From positions 1 to 64,000 of the forward strand of contig NW_026779338.1 in the NCBI RefSeq assembly GCF_030144855.1: a DNA stretch of 64,000 nucleotides. Direction: 5' to 3'. A model generated the notes under the pieces. The model was given only the letters and a program-made list of their open reading frames with translations, searched no databases and was not told where the DNA came from. Shown one piece after another: positions 41,601-54,567 of the stretch (positions are counted from its first letter, which is position 1; each line of letters opens with the position of its first letter). The position numbers and the translations under genes are program-made. The DNA is from Hypanus sabinus (lineage: Eukaryota).

Positions 41601-44600
41601 GTGATGTATCTCAGTATCTCCCCTCTGACTGTGTGATGTATCTCAGTATCTACCCTCTGTCAGTGTGATGTATGTCAGTATCTCCCCTCTGACAGTGTGA
41701 TGTATCTCAGTATCTCCCCTCTGACTGTGTGATGTATCTCAGTATCTCCCCTCTGTCAGTGTGATGTATCTCAGTATCTCCCCTCTGACAGTGTGATGTA
41801 TCTCAGTATCTACCCTCTGACAGTGTGATGTATCTCAGTATCTCCCCTCTGACAGTGCGATGTATCTCAGTATCTCCCCTCTGACAGTTCGATTTATCTC
41901 AGTATCTCCCCTCTGACAGTCTGATTTATCTCAGTATCTCCCATCTGACAGTGTGATGTATCTCTGTATCTTCCCCTGACAGTGTGATGTATCTCAGTAT
42001 CTCCCCTCTGACAGTCTGATGTATCTCAGTATCTCCCCTCTGACAGTGTGATGTATCTCAGTAACTCCCCTCTGACAGTGTGATGTATCTCAGTATCTAC
42101 CCTCTGACAGTGTGATGTATCTCTCTATCTACCCTCTGACAGTGTGATGTATCTCAGTAACTCCCCTCTGACAGTGTGATGTATCTCAGTATCTCCCCTC
42201 TGACAGTGTGATGTATCTCAGTATCTCCCCTCTGACAGTGTGATGTCTCTCAGTATCTCCCCTCTGACAGTGTGATGTATCTCAGTATCTCCCCTCTGAC
42301 AGTGTGATGTATCTCAGTATCTCCCCTCTGACAGTGTGATGTATCTCGGTATCTCCCCTCTGACAGTGTGATGTATCTCAGTAACTCCCCTCTGACAGTG
42401 TGATGTATCTCAGTATCTCCCCTCTGACAGTTCGATTTATCTCAGTATCTCCCCTCTGACAGTGTGATGTATCTCAGTATCTCCCCTCTGTCAGTGTGAT
42501 GTATCTCAGTATCTCCCCTCTGACTGTGTGATGTATCTCAGTATCTCCCCTCTGACAGTGTGATGTATCTCAGTATCTCCCCTCTGTCAGTGTGATGTAT
42601 CTCAGTATCTCCCCTCTGACAGTGTGACGTATCTCAGTCTCTCCCCTCTGACAGTGTGATGTCTCTCAGTATCTCCCCTCTGACAGTGATCGATCTCTCT
42701 ATCTCCCCTCTGACAGTGTGATGTATCTCAGTATCTCCCCTCTGACAGTGTGATGTATCTCAGTATCTCCCCTCTGACAGTGTGATGTATCTCAGTATCT
42801 CCCCTCTGACAGCGTGATGTATCTCAGTATCTCCCCTCTGACAGTGTGATGTATCTCAGTATCTCCCCTCTGACAGTGTGTTGTATCTCAGTATCTCCCC
42901 TCTGACAGTGTGATGTATCTCAGTATCTCCCCTCTGACAGTGTGATGTATCTCAGTATCTCCCCTCTGACAGTGTGATGTATCTCATTATCTCCCCTCTG
43001 ACAGTGATGTATCTCTCTATCTCCCCTCTGACAGTGTGATGTATCTCAGTATCTCCCCTCTGACAGTGTGATGTATCTCAGTATCTCCCCTCTGACAGTG
43101 TGATGTATCTCAGTATCTCCCCTCTGACAGTGTGATGTATCTCAGTATCTCCCCTCTGACAGTGTGATGTATCTCTGTATCTCCCCTCTGACAGTGTGAT
43201 GTCTCGCAGTATCTCCCCTCTGACAGTGTGATGTATCTCAGTATCTACCCTCTGACAGTGTGATGTATCTCAGTATCTCCCCTCTGACAGTGTGATGTAT
43301 CTCTCTATCTACCCTCTGACAGTGTGATGTATCTGAGTATCTCCCCTCTGACAGTGTGATGTCTCTCAGTATCTCCCCTCTGACAGTGTGATGTATCTCA
43401 GTATCTCCCCTCTGACAGTGTGATGTATCTCAGTATCTCCCCTCTGACAGTGTGATGTATCTCAGTATCTCCCCTCAGACAGTGTGATGTATCTCAGTAT
43501 CTCCCCTCTGACAGTGTGATGTCTCTCAGTATCTCCCCTCTGACAGTGTGATGTATCTCAGTATCTCCCCTCTGACAGTGTGATGTATCTCAGTATCTCC
43601 CCTCTGACAGTGTGATGTATCTCTCTATCTACCCTCTGACAGTGTGATGTATCTCAGTATCTCCCCTCTGACAGTGTGATGTCTCTCAGTATCTCCCCTC
43701 TGAAAGGGTGATGTATCTCAGTATCTCCCCTCTGACAGTGTGATGTCTCTCAGTATCTCCCCTCTGACAGTGTGATGTATCTCTCTATCTCCCCTCTGAC
43801 AGTGTGATGTATCTCAGTATCTCCCCTCTGACAGTGTGATGTATCTCTCTATCTCCCCTCTGACAGTGTAATGTATCTCTCTATCTCCCCTCTGACAGTG
43901 TGATGTATCTCAGTATCTCCCCTCTGACAGTGTGATGTATCTCAGTATCTCCCCTCTGACAGTGTGATGTATCTCTCTATCTACCCTCTGACAGTGTGAT
44001 GTATCTCAGTATCTCCCCTCTGACAGTGTGATGTATCTCAGTATCTCCCCTCTGACAGTGTGATGTATCTCAGTATCTCCCCTCTGACAGTGTGATGTCT
44101 CTCAGTATCTCCCCTCTGACAGTGTGATGTATCTCAGTATCTACCCTCTGACAGTGTGATGTATCTCAGTATCTACCCTCTGACAGTGTGATGTATCTCA
44201 GTATCTACCCTCTGACAGTGTGATGTATCTCAGTATCTCCCCTCTGACAGTGTGATGTCTCTCAGTATCTCCCCTCTGACAGTGTGATGTATCTCAGTAT
44301 CTCCCCTCTGTCAGTGTGATGTATCTCAGTATCTCCCCTCTGACAGTGTGATGTATCTCAGTATCTCCCCTCTGACAGTGTGATGTATCTCAGTATCTTC
44401 CCTCTGACTGTGTGATGTCTCTCAGTATCTCCCCTCTGACAGTGTGATGTCTCTCAGTATCTCCCCTCTGACAGTGTGATGTCTCTCAGTATCTCCCCTC
44501 TGACAGTGTGATGTATCTCAGTATCTCCCCTCTGACAGTGTGATGTATCTCAGTATCTCCCCTCTGACAGTGTGATGTATCTCAGTATCTCCCCTCAGAC

Positions 44601-47600
44601 AGTGTGATGTATCTCAGTATCTCCCCTCTGACAGTGTGATGTCTCTCAGTATCTCCCCTCTGACAGTGTGATGTATCTCAGTATCTCCCCTCTGACAGTG
44701 TGATGTATCTCAGTATCTCCCCTCTGACAGTGTGATGTATCTCTCTATCTACCCTCTGACAGTGTGATGTATCTCAGTATCTCCCCTCTGACAGTGTGAT
44801 GTCTCTCAGTATCTCCCCTCTGACAGTGTGATGTATCTCAGTATCTCCCCTCTGACATTGTGATGTCTCTCAGTATCTCCCCTCTGACAGTGTGATGTAT
44901 CTCTCTATCTCCCCTCTGACAGTGTGATGTATCTCAGTATCTCCCCTCTGACAGTGTGATGTATCTCTCTATCTCCCCTCTGACAGTGTAATGTATCTCT
45001 CTATCTCCCCTCTGACAGTGTGATGTATCTCAGTATCTCCCCTCTGACAGTGTGATGTATCTCAGTATCTCCCCTCTGACAGTGTGATGTATCTCAGTAT
45101 CTCCCCTCTGACAGTGTGATGTCTCTCAGTATCTCCCCTCTGACAGTGTGATGTATCTCAGTATCTACCCTCTGACAGTGTGATGTATCTCAGTATCTAC
45201 CCTCTGACAGTATGATGTATCTCAGTATCTACCCTCTGACAGTGTGATGTATCTCAGTATCTCCCCTCTGACAGTGTGATGTATCTCAGTATCACCCCTC
45301 TGACAGTCTGATGTATCTCAGTATCTCCCCTCTGACAGTGTGATGTATCTCAGTATCTCCCCTCTGACAGTGTGATGTATCTCAGTATCTCCCTCTGACA
45401 GTGTGATGTATCTCCGTATCTCCCCTCTGTCAGTGTGATGTATCTCAGTATCTCCCCTCTGACAGTGTGATGTATCTCAGTATCTTCCCTCTGACTGTGT
45501 GATGTCTCTCAGTATCTCCCCTCTGACAGTGTGATGTATGCCAGTATCTCCCCTCTGTCAGTGTGATGTATCTCAGTATCTACCCTCTGACAGTGTGATC
45601 TATCTCAGTATCTCCCCTCTGTCAGTGTGATGTATCTCAGTATCTCCCCTCTGACAGTGTGATGTCTCTCAGTATCTCCCCTCTGACAGTATGATGTATC
45701 TCTCTATCTCCCCTCTGACAGTGTGATGTATCTCTCTATCTCCCCTCTGACAGTGTGATGTCTCTCAGTATCTCCCCTCTGACAGTGTGATGTATCTCAG
45801 TATCTCCCCTCTGTCAGTGTGATGTATCTCAGTATCTCCCCTCTGACAGTGTGATGTATCTCAGTATCTCCCCTCTGACAGTGTGATGTATCTCAGTATC
45901 TCCCCTCTGACAGTGTGATGTATCTCAGTATCTCCCCTCTGACTGTGTGATGTCTCTCAGTATCTCCCCTCTGACAGTGTGATGTATCTCAGTATCTCCC
46001 CTCTGACAGTGTGATGTATCTCAGTATCTACCCTCTGACAGTGTGATCTATCTCAGTATCTCCCCTCTGTCAGTGTGATGTATCTCAGTATCTCCCCTCT
46101 GACAGTGTGATGTCTCTCAGTATCTCCCCTCTGACAGTGTGATGTATCTCAGTATCTCCCCTCTGACAGTGTGATGTCTCTCAGTATCTCCCCTCTGACA
46201 GTGTGATGTATCTCAGTATCTCCCCTCTGTCAGTGTGATGTATCTCAGTATCTCCCCTCTGACAGTGTGATGTATCTCAGTATCTCCCCTCTGACAGTGT
46301 GATGTATCTCAGTATCTACCCTCTGACAGTGTGATGTATCTCAGTATCTCCCCTCTGTCAGTGTGATGTATCTCAGTATCTCCCCTCTGACAGTGTGATG
46401 TCTCTCAGTATCTCCCCTCTGTCAGTGTGATGTATCTCAGTATCTCCCCTCTGACAGTGTGATGTCTCTCAGTATCTCCCCTCTGACAGTGTGATGTATC
46501 TCTCTATCTCCCCTCTGACAGTGTGATGTATCTCTCTATCTCCCCTCTGACAGTGTGATGTATCTCAGTATCTCCCCTCTGACAGTGTGATGTCTGTCAG
46601 TATCTCCCCTCTGACAGTGTGATGTATCTCTCTATCTACCCTCTGACAGTGTGATGTATCTCAGTATCTCCCCTCTGTCAGTGTGATGTATCTCAGTATC
46701 TCCCCTCTGACAGTGTGATGTATCTCAGTATCTCCCCTCTGACAGTGTGATGTATCTCAGTATCTCCCCTCTGACAGTGTGATGTATCTCAGTATCTCCC
46801 CTCTGACAGTGTGATGTATCTCAGTAACTCCCCTCTGACAGTGTGATGTCTCTCTCTATCTCCCCTCTGACAGTCTGATGTATCTCAGTATCTCCCCTCT
46901 GACAGTGTGATGTCTCTCTCTATCTCCCCTCTGTCAGTGTGATGTATCTCAGTATCTCCCCTCTGACAGTGTGATGTATCTCAGTAACTCCCCTCTGACA
47001 GTGTGATGTCTCTCTCTATCTCCCCTCTGACAGTCTGATGTATCTCAGTATCTCCCCTCTGACAGTGTGATGTCTCTCTCTATCTCCCCTCTGTCAGTGT
47101 GATGTATCTCAGTATCTCCCCTCTGACAGTGTGATGTTTCTCAGTATCTCCCCTCTGACAGTGTGATGTCTCTCTCTATCTCCCCTCTGACAGTGTGATG
47201 TATCTCAGTATCTCCCCTCTGACAGTGTGATGTATCTCAGTATCTCCCCTCTGAAAGTGTGATGTCTCTCTCTATCTCCCCTCTGACAGTCTGATGTATC
47301 TCAGTATCTCCCCTCTGACAGTGTGATGTCTCTCTCTATCTCCCCTCTGTCAGTGTGATGTATCTCAGTATCTCCCCTCTGACAGTGTGATGTATCTCAG
47401 TATCTCCCCTCTGACAGTGTGATGTCTCTCTCTATCTCCCCTCTGACAGTGTGATGTATCTCAGTATCTCCCCTCTGACAGTATGATGTATCTCAGTATC
47501 TCCCCTCTGACAGTGTGATGTATCTCAGTAACTCCCCTCTGACAGTGTGATGTCTCTCTCTATCTCCCCTCTGACAGTGTGATGTATCTCAGTATCTCCC

Positions 47601-50600
47601 CTCTGACAGTGTGATGTATCTCAGTATCTCCACTCTGACAGTGTGTTGTATCTCAGTATCTCCCCTCTGACAGTGTGATGTATCTCAGTATCTCCCCTCT
47701 GACAGTGTGATGTCTCTCAGTATCTCCCCTCTGTCAGTGTGATGTATCTCAGTATCTCCCCTCTGACAGTGTGATGTATCTCAGTATCTCCCCTCTGACA
47801 GTGTGATGTATCTCAGTATCTCCCCTCTGACAGTGTGATGTATCTCAGTAACTCCCCTCTGACAGTGTGATGTCTCTCTCTATCTCCCCTCTGACAGTCT
47901 GATGTATCTCAGTATCTCCCCTCTGACAGTGTGATGTCTCTCTCTATCTCCCCTCTGTCAGTGTGATGTATCTCAGTATCTCCCCTCTGACAGTGTGATG
48001 TATCTCAGTATCTCCCCTCTGACAGTGTGATGTCTCTCTCTATCTCCCCTCTGACAGTGTGATGTATCTCAGTATCTCCCCTCTGACAGTATGATGTATC
48101 TCAGTATCTCCCCTCTGACAGTGTGATGTATCTCAGTAACTCCCCTCTGACAGTGTGATGTCTCTCTCTATCTCCCCTCTGACAGTGTGATGTATCTCAG
48201 TATCTCCCCTCTGACAGTTTGATGTATCTCAGTATCTCCCCTCTGACAGTGTGATGTATGCCAGTATCTCCCCTCTGTCAGTGTGATGTATCTCAGTATC
48301 TACCCTCTGACAGTGTGATCTATCTCAGTATCTCCCCTCTGTCAGTGTGATGTATCTCAGTATCTCCCCTCTGACAGTGTGATGTCTCTCAGTATCTCCC
48401 CTCTGACAGTGTGATGTATCTCTCTATCTCCCCTCTGACAGTGTGATGTATCTCTCTATCTCCCCTCTGACAGTGTGATGTCTCTCAGTATCTCCCCTCT
48501 GACAGTGTGATGTATCTCAGTATCTCCCCTCTGTCAGTGTGATGTATCTCAGTATCTCCCCTCTGACAGTGTGATGTATCTCAGTATCTCCCCTCTGACA
48601 GTGTGATGTATCTCAGTATCTCCCCTCTGACAGTGTGATGTATCTCAGTATCTCCCCTCTGACTGTGTGATGTCTCTCAGTATCTCCCCTCTGACAGTGT
48701 GATGTATCTCAGTATCTCCCCTCTGACAGTGTGATGTATCTCAGTATCTACCCTCTGACAGTGTGATCTATCTCAGTATCTCCCCTCTGTCAGTGTGATG
48801 TATCTCAGTATCTCCCCTCTGACAGTGTGATGTCTCTCAGTATCTCCCCTCTGACAGTGTGATGTATCTCAGTATCTCCCCTCTGACAGTGTGATGTCTC
48901 TCAGTATCTCCCCTCTGACAGTGTGATGTATCTCAGTATCTCCCCTCTGTCAGTGTGATGTATCTCAGTATCTCCCCTCTGACAGTGTGATGTATCTCAG
49001 TATCTCCCCTCTGACAGTGTGATGTATCTCAGTATCTACCCTCTGACAGTGTGATGTATCTCAGTATCTCCCCTCTGTCAGTGTGATGTATCTCAGTATC
49101 TCCCCTCTGACAGTGTGATGTCTCTCAGTATCTCCCCTCTGTCAGTGTGATGTATCTCAGTATCTCCCCTCTGACAGTGTGATGTCTCTCAGTATCTCCC
49201 CTCTGACAGTGTGATGTATCTCTCTATCTCCCCTCTGACAGTGTGATGTATCTCTCTATCTCCCCTCTGACAGTGTGATGTATCTCAGTATCTCCCCTCT
49301 GACAGTGTGATGTCTGTCAGTATCTCCCCTCTGACAGTGTGATGTATCTCTCTATCTACCCTCTGACAGTGTGATGTATCTCAGTATCTCCCCTCTGTCA
49401 GTGTGATGTATCTCAGTATCTCCCCTCTGACAGTGTGATGTATCTCAGTATCTCCCCTCTGACAGTGTGATGTATCTCAGTATCTCCCCTCTGACAGTGT
49501 GATGTATCTCAGTATCTCCCCTCTGACAGTGTGATGTATCTCAGTAACTCCCCTCTGACAGTGTGATGTCTCTCTCTATCTCCCCTCTGACAGTCTGATG
49601 TATCTCAGTATCTCCCCTCTGACAGTGTGATGTCTCTCTCTATCTCCCCTCTGTCAGTGTGATGTATCTCAGTATCTCCCCTCTGACAGTGTGATGTATC
49701 TCAGTAACTCCCCTCTGACAGTGTGATGTCTCTCTCTATCTCCCCTCTGACAGTCTGATGTATCTCAGTATCTCCCCTCTGACAGTGTGATGTCTCTCTC
49801 TATCTCCCCTCTGTCAGTGTGATGTATCTCAGTATCTCCCCTCTGACAGTGTGATGTTTCTCAGTATCTCCCCTCTGACAGTGTGATGTCTCTCTCTATC
49901 TCCCCTCTGACAGTGTGATGTATCTCAGTATCTCCCCTCTGACAGTGTGATGTATCTCAGTATCTCCCCTCTGAAAGTGTGATGTCTCTCTCTATCTCCC
50001 CTCTGACAGTCTGATGTATCTCAGTATCTCCCCTCTGACAGTGTGATGTCTCTCTCTATCTCCCCTCTGTCAGTGTGATGTATCTCAGTATCTCCCCTCT
50101 GACAGTGTGATGTATCTCAGTATCTCCCCTCTGACAGTGTGATGTCTCTCTCTATCTCCCCTCTGACAGTGTGATGTATCTCAGTATCTCCCCTCTGACA
50201 GTATGATGTATCTCAGTATCTCCCCTCTGACAGTGTGATGTATCTCAGTAACTCCCCTCTGACAGTGTGATGTCTCTCTCTATCTCCCCTCTGACAGTGT
50301 GATGTATCTCAGTATCTCCCCTCTGACAGTGTGATGTATCTCAGTATCTCCACTCTGACAGTGTGTTGTATCTCAGTATCTCCCCTCTGACAGTGTGATG
50401 TATCTCAGTATCTCCCCTCTGACAGTGTGATGTCTCTCAGTATCTCCCCTCTGTCAGTGTGATGTATCTCAGTATCTCCCCTCTGACAGTGTGATGTATC
50501 TCAGTATCTCCCCTCTGACAGTGTGATGTATCTCAGTATCTCCCCTCTGACAGTGTGATGTATCTCAGTAACTCCCCTCTGACAGTGTGATGTCTCTCTC

Positions 50601-52885
50601 TATCTCCCCTCTGACAGTCTGATGTATCTCAGTATCTCCCCTCTGACAGTGTGATGTCTCTCTCTATCTCCCCTCTGTCAGTGTGATGTATCTCAGTATC
50701 TCCCCTCTGACAGTGTGATGTATCTCAGTATCTCCCCTCTGACAGTGTGATGTCTCTCTCTATCTCCCCTCTGACAGTGTGATGTATCTCAGTATCTCCC
50801 CTCTGACAGTATGATGTATCTCAGTATCTCCCCTCTGACAGTGTGATGTATCTCAGTAACTCCCCTCTGACAGTGTGATGTCTCTCTCTATCTCCCCTCT
50901 GACAGTGTGATGTATCTCAGTATCTCCCCTCTGACAGTTTGATGTATCTCAGTATCTCCCCTCTGACAGTGTGATGTATCTCAGTATCTCCCCTCTGACA
51001 GTGTGATGTATCTCAGTATCTCCCCTCTGACAGTGTGATGTATCTCAGTATCTCCCCTCTGACAGTGTGACGTATCTCAGTATCTCCCCTCTGACAGTGT
51101 GATGTATCTCAGTATCTCCCCTCTGACAGTGTGATGTATCTCAGTATCTCCCCTCTGACAGTGTGATGTATCTCAGTATCTCCCCTCTGACAGTGTGATG
51201 TATCTCAGTATCTCCCCTCTGACAGTGTGATGTATCTCAGTATCTCCCCTCTGACAGTGTGATGTATCTCTCTATCCACCCTGTGACAGTGTGATGTATC
51301 TCAGTATCTCCCCTCTGACAGTGTGATGCATCTCAGTATCTCCCCTCTGACAGTGTGATGTATCTCAGTATCTCCCCTCTGACAGTGTGATGTATCTCAG
51401 TATCTCCCCTCTGACAGTGTGATGTATCTCAGTATCTCCCCTCTGACAGTGTGATGCATCTCAGTATCTCCCCACTGACACTGTGATGTATCTCAGTATC
51501 TCCCCTCTGACAGTGTGATGTATCTCAGTATCTCCCCTCTGACAGTGTGATGTATCTCAGTATCTACCCTCTGACAGTGTGATGTATCTCAGTATCTCCC
51601 CTCTGACAGTGTGATGTATCTCAGTATCTCCCCTCTGACAGTGTGATGTATCTCAGTAACTCCCGTCTGACAGTGTGATGTCTCTCTCTATCTCCCCTCT
51701 GACAGTGTGATGTCTCTCTCTATCTCCCCTCTGTCAGTGTGATGTATCTCAGTATCTCCCCTCTGACAGTGTGATGTATCTCAGTAACTCCCCTCTGACA
51801 GTGTGATGTCTCTCTCTATCTCCCCTCTGACAGTCTGATGTATCTCAGTATCTCCCCTCTGACAGTGTGATGTCTCTCTCTATCTCCCCTCTGTCAGTGT
51901 GATGTATCTCAGTATCTCCCCTCTGACAGTGTGATGTATCTCAGTATCTCCCCTCTGACAGTGTGATGTCTCTCTCTATCTCCCCTCTGACAGTGTGATG
52001 TATCTCAGTATCTCCCCTCTGACAGTGTGATGTATCTCAGTATCTCCCCTCTGACAGTGTGATGTCTCTCTCTATCTCCCCTCTGGCAGTCTGATGTATC
52101 TCAGTATCTCCCCTCTGACAGTGTGATGTCTCTCTCTATCTCCCCTCTGTCAGTGTGATGTATCTCAGTATCTCCCCTCTGACAGTGTGATGTATCTCAG
52201 TATCTCCCCTCTGACAGTGTGATGTCTCTCTCTATCTCCCCTCTGACAGTGTGATGTATCTCAGTATCTCCCCTCTGACAGTATGATGTATCTCAGTATC
52301 TCCCCTCTGACAGTGTGATGTATCTCAGTAACTCCCCTCTGACAGTGTGATGTCTCTCTCTATCTCCCCTCTGACAGTGTGATGTATCTCTCTATCCACC
52401 CTGTGACAGTGTGATGTATCTCAGTATCTCCCCTCTGACAGTGTGATGCATCTCAGTATCTCCCCTCTGACAGTGTGATGTATCTCAGTATCTCCCCTCT
52501 GACAGTGTGATGTATCTCAGTATCTCCCCTCTGACAGTGTGATGTATCTCAGTATCTCCCCTCTGACAGTGTGATGCATCTCAGTATCTCCCCTCTGACA
52601 CTGTGATGTATCTCAGTATCTCCCCTCTGACAGTGTGATGCATCTCAGTATCTCCCCTCTGACAGTGTGATGTATCTCAGTATCTACCCTCTGACAGTGT
52701 GATGTATCTCAGTATCTCCCCTCTGACAGTGTGATGTATCTCAGTATCTCCCCTCTGACAGTGTGATGTATCTCAGTATCTCCCCTCTGACAGTGTGATG
52801 TATCTCAGTATCTCCCCTCTGACAGTGAGATGTATCTCAGTATCTCCCCTCTGACAGTCTGATGTATCTCAGTATCTCCCATCTG
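14625..52885. repeat. 32-bp tandem satellite (TCTCAGTATCTCCCCTCTGACAGTGTGATGTA), ~38.3 kb, ~1,200 copies
   Basis: Head-to-tail array with no unique interruption seen; variant units define higher-order blocks. Confidence 0.98.
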
Positions 52886-53187
52886 GTGGTTTACTCCTGT
52901 TCATAGCAGCATGGAGACAATTCATCCTTCAATGAAGCTTTTTAAAGAGCCTTTTGACCTTGGGCAAGCATGTCTTGCTCTCTACTGTCTGGCTGCTCCC
53001 CCTTCAAGGTGGGGTGGGGCGAATTGCAGGGACTCTGAGGATATGACAGGTGTTATAGAAAAGCAATTCCTGCTGTTTGTTTAATGATGAGACAGCACCA
53101 TTAGAGAGAAATATGGAGTTGAGAATATTGATGGACAGAGGGAATTTATCAGATAGGGAACTGGAAGGCATTACCAAGTAGCTGAGC

Positions 53188-53376
53188 AACTCACACAGAA
53201 TGCTGGAGAAGCTCAGCATGTCAGGTAGCATCTCTGCAGAGGATTAACCTGTCCATATTTCAGATGTGACCCTTCCTTTCCAGTGCTGATGAAGGCTCTC
53301 AGGCCAAAACACTGACTGTTTATTCCCGTCGACAGATGCTACTTGACTTGCTGAGTGTTGCTCGGGATTTCCAGCA
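53188..53376. mobile_element. Penelope-like element terminus (inverted/hairpin arrangement) with degenerate hammerhead ribozyme core
   Basis: 22-bp inverted repeats at 53212-53233 and 53334-53355 (20/22 match). CTGATGA at 53286, followed by a decayed stem and AAAAC in place of GAAAC. Family assignment from established association of minimal hammerheads with Penelope elements. Confidence 0.55.
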
Positions 53377-53612
53377 GAGCCACATGTTTATGCCAGGTTA
53401 CTAACGTTCTTACACTGCATTATACTAAGCTGTGACCTGTATGAATTGGAAACCCACAGAGTTCAGGACTAAACAAGGAACTGCAGATGCTTAGATCTTT
53501 GTTGGAAGAACATTGCAGGCCAATCACCATCTGCGGATAATGTCCTGGTTGACATTTTTATACTGAATACCAAGCATATTTTGTTACTGCTGTAATATTA
53601 CAATTTACTTAC

Positions 53613-53954
53613 CAGTAACATGCAGCTGTGTTATGGAGCGATAACTATATTGATTCTGGTTTTTAAATTTAATGCTGAAAGTGTAAGGACCTTCATCTTC
53701 CTGTGTAATTTTGTTTATAACCAGGGAACAGTTGCCGTCTTCCAGGTCTCCATCCAGCCGCGTCCGATGTTTGAACTTCGGTGACACTTTATTGTGATCC
53801 GTGGAGTGGATCTGATTCCCTCCTTTAACCCAGATTCCATCCCGTGTTTCATTTGCCAGACACGATGGGTAAGAGTAGTGACAGGGAATCCAAGCGCACA
53901 TTCCCCTCTGCACTGTGACACTTGCTTTCATGTTAACTCTCCACATGTTTGATG
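53613..53954 (-). CDS. Siglec-type Ig V-set exon V2
   Basis: 342 bp, phase 1-1; acceptor cttttttcatctgtAG, donor G|GTAAGT. Reads WRVNMKASVTVQRGMCAWIPCHY...RTRLDGDLEDGNCSLVINKI..EDEGPYTFS. Confidence 0.88.
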
Positions 53955-54099
53955 CTACAGATGAAAAAAGTAGGAACATTTAACACTGCCTGATAACCCC
54001 ACCCATCTCCATATTCAAACCAGTGGGTGTCCACTCCAGATGCTGATCACATATCCCAGGCTGACATCCCCTGCACTGGAACCGGGGTCTTCGTCCAGA

Positions 54100-54152
54100 T
54101 CCAAATCACCTACACACTGGGGCAATTTATCACAGCCAACCAATTAATCTAG
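54100..54152. mobile_element. Possible short SINE remnant
   Basis: CCAAATCACCTACACACTGGGGCAATTTATCACAGCCAACCAATTAATCT resembles elasmobranch SINE bodies, from memory only. Confidence 0.25.
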
Positions 54153-54567
54153 AATCCCAAGCTGTCAAAGGGACAGCGTCCATAGAGGTTGTTGCCCACT
54201 GGGGTATTGGAGTTTTGAGGTACAACTCCAATCACCATGCACCATGCCGTCTACTGGAAACTAGGAACCCCAAGTAATATTCCCGTGTTTCTGTTTCCCT
54301 TCCACTTCGATCGTACTTCCCCTCTGAGGACTTTCAATGGGCAACATTGAGAAGCCTGCTTCACTACCTCGACGAAGCGCTCTGGCCCCTTGTTGGGCAG
54401 CTGTAACTGGTGGCCCATCACTGTAAACCAGAAAGGACATGGAAGACATTGCCAAGTCACTGATTGTCCAAAACTGCATTTACTAAGCTGTAAAAAGTAC
54501 CAGCAGAATTGGTAAAGCTCTCCACTGACAGCTGATCAACAACTAATTAATTATATAAGGCACTCAC

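Noticed and set aside
14625-52885. CRISPR array (32-bp repeats)
   Set aside because: Units are head-to-tail with no spacers, there are no cas genes, and the context is eukaryotic.
53176-53231. Possible leader exon MLSFSSIL with T|GTGAGT donor
   Set aside because: Lies within the Penelope-like repeat and is too short and polar for a signal peptide.
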